From NCBI GenBank assembly GCA_048938105.1, contig JBHLMN010000033.1, forward strand, positions 1 through 22,994: a stretch of DNA of 22,994 nt. The letters are read 5' to 3'. The notes below the pieces were generated by a model. That model did not search any database and was not told where the DNA came from. It was given only the letters and a program-made list of their open reading frames with translations. Made by a program: the position numbers and the translations under genes. Source of the stretch: Promethearchaeota archaeon (GTDB taxonomy: Archaea; Asgardarchaeota; Heimdallarchaeia; Hodarchaeales; Hodarchaeaceae). Positions 16,486 to 22,994 of the stretch are shown one piece after another (the stretch's first letter is position 1; each line of letters starts with the position of its first letter).

Positions 16486-17391
16486 ATGGTTCAAAAAATG
16501 CCTATCATTCGAACTCCAGAAGAATATTTCGATAATTTACCTGGTTATCCTTTCCTTCCTCATTATATTGAAGTGAATGGAATGCGTGTTCACTATATAG
16601 ACGAAGGTCAGGGTGAAATTATACTTTGTTTGCACGGTGAGCCTACATGGTCTTATTTATATCGGAAATTGATTCCTATCTTCGTTAAAGCAGGTTATCG
16701 TGTGATTGCACCCGACTTCATTGGATTTGGTAAGTCAGATAAATTCACAACTCTAGAAGAATATACATTTCAAGTGTTTAAAACCATGTTACTTGATTTT
16801 ATCCAAGTTCTTGATTTATATCAGATCACTTTAGTTGTCCAAGACTGGGGGGGATTAATTGGTCTCGCTTTGGTAGGAGAGGTTCCTGAAAAGTTTTCTA
16901 GATTAGTTATTATGAATACTGGATTACCTATTGGTAGAGCTGTAAATGAGGCTTTCCTTTCATGGCGACAATTCGTAGAGAACACACCAAATCTACCCAT
17001 AGGTCAAATAATAGGGATGGGTTTGGTTAAGAATGAGATTTTGACACCTGATATAATTAAGGCATATGAGGCCCCATTTCCAAATGAAACATTTAAAGCT
17101 GGAGCGAGAGCTTGGCCCTTACTTGTCCCCATTCATCCTGATGATCCTGTTGTCATAGAAATGCTACAAGCAAGAGAGAATCTTCAAAAATGGGGAAAAC
17201 CAGCTCTAATTATGTTTTCAGATGGAGATCCTATAACGAAAGGAGGGGACCAATTCTTTTGGAAGCTTATTCCAAGTGCAAAAAACCAACCAGAGATTGT
17301 AATCAAAGAAGCTGGGCATTTTCTTCAGGAGGAGAAAGGAGAAGAAATCGCAGAACAGATCCTGGATTTCATATCCCGAACCCCATTCTGA
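16486..17391 (+). CDS. Haloalkane dehalogenase (alpha/beta hydrolase, HLD-I/DhlA-like)
   Basis: IRTPEEYFDNLPGYPF, CLHGEPTWSYLYR, APDFIGFGKSDK, nucleophile VQDWGG, AYEAPFP, acid SDGDPI, base AGHFLQEE. Confidence 0.92.
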   Translation: MVQKMPIIRTPEEYFDNLPGYPFLPHYIEVNGMRVHYIDEGQGEIILCLHGEPTWSYLYRKLIPIFVKAGYRVIAPDFIGFGKSDKFTTLEEYTFQVFKTMLLDFIQVLDLYQITLVVQDWGGLIGLALVGEVPEKFSRLVIMNTGLPIGRAVNEAFLSWRQFVENTPNLPIGQIIGMGLVKNEILTPDIIKAYEAPFPNETFKAGARAWPLLVPIHPDDPVVIEMLQARENLQKWGKPALIMFSDGDPITKGGDQFFWKLIPSAKNQPEIVIKEAGHFLQEEKGEEIAEQILDFISRTPF

Positions 17392-17434
17392 CTTTTACAA
17401 AGCCAAATCTATCAATTTTTTAGGATAAATTCTG

Positions 17435-17926
17435 TTATAATGAGATTTCCACAGTGTTTTGTTTCTTCCCAGTCATATATTCTATATCTATTCTTCCTAT
17501 GTTTACTCGTGTCATTGATTTTTGAGTAAGCTGTTTTTCTATTATAGTTTGAGGATCATTGTCTAGTTTCTGAATCATGTTTATTAAAGCCTTTTCTTTC
17601 TCTTTTGGATCCTTTAGAAATGTAACTTTCCCCATAAATTGCGTACTAGCATAAAGATGATCACAAGCTCCTTGTGCATACCCCTTATCGATTATTGCTT
17701 GTCCCCAAACAACATTATTAGCCCTTAAATAATCGATTTTTTTCCCTTTATTTGCGCAGTGGAAAAAAATTACATCTTCTTCAGGAGAATAGCCATGACT
17801 TAGAGTAACAAGATAAGGTTGGTTATCCATGCACATAGCAATAGTAATATATTGAGCTTCAAGAATGATTTCCTTCATTTCATCTATATTGGTGATAGCT
17901 TTTTCTTTACGCCTAATATTTCTCAT
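17435..17926 (-). CDS. Pyridoxamine 5'-phosphate oxidase-like / NimA-family flavin-binding protein
   Basis: MRNIRRKEKAI, PYLVTLSHGY, FFHCANKGKKIDYL, MTGK. GGGTGA upstream favours ATG 17926 over GTG 17938. Confidence 0.85.
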   Translation of the reverse strand: MRNIRRKEKAITNIDEMKEIILEAQYITIAMCMDNQPYLVTLSHGYSPEEDVIFFHCANKGKKIDYLRANNVVWGQAIIDKGYAQGACDHLYASTQFMGKVTFLKDPKEKEKALINMIQKLDNDPQTIIEKQLTQKSMTRVNIGRIDIEYMTGKKQNTVEISL

Positions 17927-18048
17927 TATGTTCGTCACCCTATTATATCGGTTAAATATAAGCTTCAGAAATCCCGAGCTTAGTCTAATTCTATGATAAT
18001 AATTATTTTATTTGAATTTACTTCCCTCCTGAATTGGTGTAAAAATAG

Positions 18049-19347
18049 GTGAAATCATCAGTAAATATCGAAAATAGAATATATGAAAAGCGCGTTACTG
18101 GTGATTTCAATTCAATGATCAAAATAACCATATTTAATTCCTTAGGTTTCTTCTTTCTTGAGTTTTTAATTCCTTATGTAGCTTCTCAAGAACTGCAAGC
18201 TACTGGAGTAGATATGGGAGTCATATTTTCTATTATTGTTGTTGGATACATGATTTCCTCCCCATTTGTGGGAGCAATTACTGATCGAATGTCTAAGAAA
18301 TTATTAGTTTTCATCGGTTCCATTGGTAGAGGCATAGCTTACTTCGTTCTTTATATGGCTATTATTCTAAAGTCCCTTCTTGGATTAATTATAGGTATGT
18401 TTTCACTTGGATTTTTGGCGGGATTCTTTTGGATTCCATTAGAAACTTTAATAGCAGAAAAATCTAGTGCTGAGAATCGTTCTTATGCTTATGGTAAACA
18501 ATATGCCGCAGAGGGAATTGGTACATTTTTTGGCGCATTTATTGGCTTTGGGATATTATTGATTGCAATAGAAATCGCTCCAAACAACTCATTTCTGATT
18601 TACAGTGCCTTAGTTGTTTTTGGTTTAGTAAATATATTAGCAGGAATGCTTTTCTTCACACTTGTTGATGAATCAATCAAATTTGATGAGAATCCAGAGA
18701 AAGAATCTATAGCTATTGATTTAACCCAAAATTGGATTCCTTCTGGTCTACTGATTGGTCTAGGATTATTATTTATTGTTCTCTTCTTGAGTTCGACTAA
18801 TGGTTCCCTTGCCAAACCATTCCTGAATGTTTATTTACTTGAAAATATTGAAAATAATCCAACATTAGCAGCATTAGCTTATGCTCCATCAGGAATCATT
18901 TCGATGTTATTGGCTCCTAAACTTGGAGAAATTGCTGATCGAACCAATCCTTATCTAGGAATCAGTATAGCAAGTGGTTTAGGAGCCCTTGTTACCTTCT
19001 CTCTCATTAATACTTCCAATTTGTGGATTTTTGCGGTTCTTTTGATCATGGATGTTACCGTAGTTACAACAGGGGAATTAATCATAAGTAATATTATTAG
19101 TCGTGTTTCAAAAAGCCATCGGGGAAAGATTTTTGGATTTCAATCCACTTTTACAAATTTTGGCGCAATTATTGGACCTATACTTGGGGGAATCGTGTGG
19201 GATTTATACAGTTCAAAATCACCCTTTATTGTCTCCATAGTAGTTGAATTAGCACTCATTCCCCTCTTTATCCTTGCGATATTTCTTCTCATGCCTCATC
19301 TAGCCGAATCATTGGAAGTGAAAGACCATGCAAAACAATATAGTTGA
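18049..19347 (+). CDS. MFS transporter
   Basis: About 12 hydrophobic helices in two halves; motif A GAITDRMSKK and GEIADR; C-terminal HRGKIFG..GAIIGPILGG. Confidence 0.92.
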   Translation: MKSSVNIENRIYEKRVTGDFNSMIKITIFNSLGFFFLEFLIPYVASQELQATGVDMGVIFSIIVVGYMISSPFVGAITDRMSKKLLVFIGSIGRGIAYFVLYMAIILKSLLGLIIGMFSLGFLAGFFWIPLETLIAEKSSAENRSYAYGKQYAAEGIGTFFGAFIGFGILLIAIEIAPNNSFLIYSALVVFGLVNILAGMLFFTLVDESIKFDENPEKESIAIDLTQNWIPSGLLIGLGLLFIVLFLSSTNGSLAKPFLNVYLLENIENNPTLAALAYAPSGIISMLLAPKLGEIADRTNPYLGISIASGLGALVTFSLINTSNLWIFAVLLIMDVTVVTTGELIISNIISRVSKSHRGKIFGFQSTFTNFGAIIGPILGGIVWDLYSSKSPFIVSIVVELALIPLFILAIFLLMPHLAESLEVKDHAKQYS

Positions 19348-20386
19348 TCTTAGATCTGATACTGTGACTAAGCCTTCCCCTGAGATGTGGGACGCCTTGA
19401 GATCTCTAGATGATACACAAATTGGTGATGATGTATATCGTGAAGATCCTACCGTCAATGAATTGGAAGAGCTTTCGGCCAAGATTACAGGTTTTGAAGC
19501 TGCATTGCTAGTAACATCTGGTACTCAAGGGAATCTAATTTCTTTACTCAGTTCAACTTCTCCTGGAGACGAAATATTAGTTGAATCAATGAGTCACATT
19601 CTGTTTTATGAGGTGGGGAGTGCTGCTCGAGTGGGAGGACTAATGCCAAGACCATATTCTTCAAATAAAGGAATAGTATCATTAGATGATTTACAACAAC
19701 TGATTCGCCCAAGAGATGATGATCATCAACCTTGGACAACCTTATTGTGTGTGGAAAATACGCATAATAATCATGGTGGAACAGTTCTTCCACCTGCATA
19801 TTTGAAGGATCTCAATAACTTTGCTAAAACGAATAACAATTTGAAAATTCACATGGATGGAGCTCGAATCTTTAATGCAGTTGTTTCAATGAAGTTACCT
19901 ATTACTGCCTTTACCCAACACGTTGATAGTATGACTTTTTGTCTTTCTAAAGGGCTCTCATGCCCCATTGGATCAGTTATCGTCGGTTCTCAGGAATTTA
20001 TTGACAAAGCAAGAAAATTCCGTAAAATGCTTGGAGGAGGTATGCGTCAAGCGGGAATTATTGCTGTGATGGGTCTTATAGCATTACAAGAGAATTGGAT
20101 AAAGCGCCTTGAAGAAGATCACATTAATGCGAAACGATTAGCAAGAGGTTTAAAGGAGCCTTCTCTTCCCATAAAGGTAAACATACCTGAAACCAACATA
20201 CTTATGGTCGAATGTCCAGTAACAACACCAATGGAGAAATTAGTCAGAGCACTTGAGAATAAGGGTGTTTTATCTCTACATAAAAAGAATAAATTACGAC
20301 TTGTAACTCATTATGGAATTACTACCGAAGATATAGACTATAGTATAGGCCAAATAATCAAAGTTATGAAGAAATTCTTTCGTTAA
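19328..20386 (+). CDS. ltaE: Low-specificity L-threonine aldolase (PLP-dependent)
   Basis: VDLRSDTVT, GDDVYREDPTV, SGTQGN, ENTHN, HMDGARIFNA, PLP lysine in CLSKGL, RKMLGGGMRQAG. Confidence 0.93.
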   Translation: MQNNIVDLRSDTVTKPSPEMWDALRSLDDTQIGDDVYREDPTVNELEELSAKITGFEAALLVTSGTQGNLISLLSSTSPGDEILVESMSHILFYEVGSAARVGGLMPRPYSSNKGIVSLDDLQQLIRPRDDDHQPWTTLLCVENTHNNHGGTVLPPAYLKDLNNFAKTNNNLKIHMDGARIFNAVVSMKLPITAFTQHVDSMTFCLSKGLSCPIGSVIVGSQEFIDKARKFRKMLGGGMRQAGIIAVMGLIALQENWIKRLEEDHINAKRLARGLKEPSLPIKVNIPETNILMVECPVTTPMEKLVRALENKGVLSLHKKNKLRLVTHYGITTEDIDYSIGQIIKVMKKFFR

Positions 20387-20443
20387 TTATCGCTAAATTA
20401 AAATTTGAATTTTTACGGCTGATGATAGTGAGGAAGAAATCAT

Positions 20444-21610
20444 ATGGAACAGAATTGGGATCATTTCCATGTGGAAGATGTGTATAAATTCACAAAACTT
20501 GCTTTACAGACTAATGGATATCCCATTGAAGCCGCAAAATCAGTAGCATTTGCATTGGTAGAGGCAGATAAAAGGGGTATTTTTTCTCACGGTGTTACTG
20601 GCGCAACGGGATTACCTGAAGCAATTTCAAGAAAAGGAATACTGGCTAATGTTGATCCTAGTTCCTCACCGATATTTTGTGATGAAAAATATCCAACAAT
20701 CAGAGTAATAAATGCTAATGGATCTCCTGGTCCATTATCATCTACCCTAGCTATTGATCACCTTAAAATTAATACTCGTAAATATGGCTTAGCGAAAGTA
20801 GTAGTTAATAATGCAAATCATTTCGGTGCTGCAGGAATATGGAGTGAGAAAATTGCTGAGGAAAGGGATTTAATTGGAATTGTGTCCTGTACAACTGCTG
20901 CCTGTGTTAAACCGCTTGGTGATGACCCCGAAAAGCTTGATTATACAAAAGGAGCAGGAAATGAAATAAGAACAGGGACTAATCCAATTGCAATTTCTGT
21001 TCCTTATAAAGGGGGTATTATCACTTTAGATATGGCTTTAACAAGATTAGCTATTAGTTATTCAATTCAGGCTTTTAACAAGGGATCATTAGTTAAAATC
21101 CCAGAATATATTGCTGATAAAAATTATCAATCAACACTTGACCCAAAAGATCTCATAAATCCAACTGGACTAATTGGGAGTGTTTTTCCACTTGGATCCA
21201 GCCTTGCTGGATATAAGGGTGATTCTCTCCTTAAAATGATTGAACTAGTACACTCTTTTGGAGGGGGCCCTATTCGAAAGGTTAAAACTACTTCTTCCAA
21301 TCCAGACGAGAGAGTTTCACATACATTTGAAGCTCAAGCTGTTGATTATCAGTATTCAAAACAAGAAGCACTAGAACGTGTTACTAATCTCATAAGGGAT
21401 TATGAACTAAATTATTTTGGACCTGCCTCACGATGGCCAGGAGACCGATCAAATCAAGCTTTAGAATATGTTTTAAAAGAGGGATTACCTTATAGCCAAG
21501 ACCAGGTGGAATTATTGAGAAGAATCTCGGCATATTCTGGCTTAGAATTCGATTCATTGTTGCAATCAATAAGTAGAAAACCTATTCCTGCAAATATCTT
21601 CATAAAATAA
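20444..21610 (+). CDS. Ldh_2-family (type 2 malate/L-lactate dehydrogenase-like) oxidoreductase
   Basis: ADKRGIFSHG, NANHFGAAG, GTNPIAI, LDMA, GYKG; substrate cannot be assigned. Confidence 0.88.
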   Translation: MEQNWDHFHVEDVYKFTKLALQTNGYPIEAAKSVAFALVEADKRGIFSHGVTGATGLPEAISRKGILANVDPSSSPIFCDEKYPTIRVINANGSPGPLSSTLAIDHLKINTRKYGLAKVVVNNANHFGAAGIWSEKIAEERDLIGIVSCTTAACVKPLGDDPEKLDYTKGAGNEIRTGTNPIAISVPYKGGIITLDMALTRLAISYSIQAFNKGSLVKIPEYIADKNYQSTLDPKDLINPTGLIGSVFPLGSSLAGYKGDSLLKMIELVHSFGGGPIRKVKTTSSNPDERVSHTFEAQAVDYQYSKQEALERVTNLIRDYELNYFGPASRWPGDRSNQALEYVLKEGLPYSQDQVELLRRISAYSGLEFDSLLQSISRKPIPANIFIK

Positions 21611-21731
21611 ATATAGTAATAATATGGTAGTTATTTCATATCTGTTATATTAAAAATGTGTAAATTAGCAATCAATAATTCAAAATGATATATAACTGGA
21701 AAAAATAACTCAGTATAAAGAGGTGAAAACC

Positions 21732-22130
21732 ATGAAAGGAAAAATTACCTCTGATGTCTTAGAAGCAATGTTAGAAACAATTCCAATTGAGTTTTCAATT
21801 TTAGATAAAAATGATAAGGTTTTGGTTTGGAATAAGCATGAAACACGTTTATTTAAGAGATCAGAAAAAGTTTTAGGACGTGATGTTAGAAAATGTCATC
21901 CTAAGAAAAGTTTAGATAAAGTTGAGCAAATTATTCGAGAAATGAAAGATAATATACGCGATAAAGCGAGGTTCTGGATCGATTTGAAAATTAATGACAA
22001 GATTGAAAAGGTCTTAATCGAATATTATGCGTTGAGAAATCCTAAAGGAGAATATCTTGGATGTATGGAATCTAGTCAAGTGATTACCGAAATAAGAGAC
22101 CTTAAAGGTGAAAAACGTCTTTTAGAATGA
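21732..22130 (+). CDS. Stand-alone PAS-domain protein (PAS_10/DUF438-associated type)
   Basis: LETIPIEFSILD, RLFKR..VLGRDVRKCHPKKS, YYALRNPKGEYLGCME.Q..I..LKGEKRLL. AGGTGA upstream favours ATG 21732. Confidence 0.88.
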   Translation: MKGKITSDVLEAMLETIPIEFSILDKNDKVLVWNKHETRLFKRSEKVLGRDVRKCHPKKSLDKVEQIIREMKDNIRDKARFWIDLKINDKIEKVLIEYYALRNPKGEYLGCMESSQVITEIRDLKGEKRLLE

Positions 22131-22548
22131 TATATAGAAACAGCTTTCATTATTAACCCTAAATCAACTTCTTTTTTGAGCCCTTCATTGTTTTTAGGAT
22201 ATTTATTGAATGTCGCCAAATAACGGTTTGAAGACATAAATTGGAAAACAATAACAAAACATAAACAGATGTTCCAAGAACTGAAAATACCTTCACAGGC
22301 ATTAGAAGATGTTATTCATTATTTCAACTTTGTTGGCAAAACAAAATCAATCAAAAAATATTCAGTTGAGGACATAAAGAAACTGGACAACTTTTCAATC
22401 AATTTTGTTCTATAAAACTTCTGATAAAATTTACCTGAAATCAATGGACTGTTTAAGGATTATTTTTGACATTTTCTATTAAAAGATCGAAAAGCTTGAA
22501 TGCGAAAGAAAAACACCCATTGTGTTTATACCATAAGAGGTGAAAAGG

Positions 22549-22994
22549 ATGGAATTGACCACTGCGGAAAAACAATTTTTAATGCTTCTAAGAGGCTTTG
22601 AACGACAACCTAAGGATATTGAAACTGGAGAAAAAGTAGATGTTAACATTGAGACCTTAAAAAAGAGAGGAAGATTCTATTTTAGCGAAAAATTAGACTC
22701 AATGACATTTAATGAAGAGACCATTTTAAAATTGTTAGATAATAAATTAGTAGAACAACAAGAAACAATTTTCAAGTTAACAAATGAGGGTAAAGATCTA
22801 GCAAAAAAGGCTCGAAAGAACCTCCTTAACAAAAATAACAATGATATCTACAAAATATTAAACTTAAGCAAGACTTTAGCAAACATCACGAAACAGGTTT
22901 ATGGAAAAGACCTTGGACAAAATAACATGATGACCATGCCTGAACTTAATATATTACTTGAGGTTTTAAAGATCACTCCTGAAGATTCTGTAAT
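22549..22994 (+). CDS. Partial CDS running off the right edge: N-terminal winged helix, probably followed by a class I SAM-dependent methyltransferase
   Basis: GAGGTGA RBS at 22537-22543; frame open to the window end: MELTTAEKQFLMLLRG...LLDNKLVEQQETIFKLTNEGKDLA (wHTH wing)...KQVYGKDLGQNNMMTMPELNILLEVLKITPEDSV. The last segment resembles the lead-in to the vlDLGCG motif of a methyltransferase family; that motif itself would lie beyond the edge. Confidence 0.65.
   Translation, partial: MELTTAEKQFLMLLRGFERQPKDIETGEKVDVNIETLKKRGRFYFSEKLDSMTFNEETILKLLDNKLVEQQETIFKLTNEGKDLAKKARKNLLNKNNNDIYKILNLSKTLANITKQVYGKDLGQNNMMTMPELNILLEVLKITPEDSV

Noticed and set aside
11037-19799. ORFs 11037..11219, 13260..13568, 13632..13904, 14627..14821, 17190..17423, 18600..18815 and 19548..19799
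   Set aside because: All overlap well-supported genes in antisense or alternative frames and carry no recognisable features.
22128-22130. Selenocysteine or readthrough at the PAS gene TGA
   Set aside because: The PAS protein already ends with the family-typical KGEKRLL terminus, a TAA follows 30 codons later, and no SECIS-like element was identified.
22511-22527. Palindrome AAACAC-N5-GTGTTT upstream of the last gene
   Set aside because: Single 6-bp-arm occurrence in AT-rich DNA; too weak to call an operator without comparative data.
1-22994. tRNA/rRNA genes, transposases, integrases
   Set aside because: No cloverleaf or rRNA-like GC-rich segment was seen, and no DDE, HUH, or tyrosine/serine recombinase motifs were recognised by eye.

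Overview
AT-rich prokaryotic window, probably archaeal. This is inferred from GGTGA/GAGGTGA Shine-Dalgarno motifs and gene content; an Asgard/Heimdallarchaeia-like host is plausible but unproven. It has three parts. (1) 1-~628: a higher-GC, minus-strand parallel beta-helix gene fragment missed by the ORF track. It abuts, head to head, a large plus-strand ORF that also looks 5'-truncated, which suggests a recombination breakpoint or a chimeric assembly join. (2) ~630-10330: a very AT-rich accessory, defence-like island. It encodes a >1088-aa helical protein, a small unannotated conserved protein and a DEDD/RNase H-like exonuclease. Transcribed divergently from the exonuclease is a four-gene cluster: winged-helix-fused Ski2/Hel308-like helicase, 190-aa unknown protein, minimal nucleotidyltransferase, and a helical protein ending in a Cys4 motif plus a PD-(D/E)xK-like domain. 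This cluster is the best candidate for an undescribed system. The island ends in a repeat-rich intergenic element (31-bp inverted repeats, ~21-bp TTATCA..GAAAA units) that recurs at 12642-12750. (3) 10730-22994: ordinary metabolic and regulatory genes: ICMT-family methyltransferase, NHL beta-propeller, flavodoxin, PadR + HAAS-RDD with tandem palindromic operators, oligoendopeptidase F, haloalkane dehalogenase, NimA/PNPOx-like protein, MFS transporter, threonine aldolase, Ldh_2 oxidoreductase, PAS protein, and a partial wHTH-methyltransferase at the right edge.
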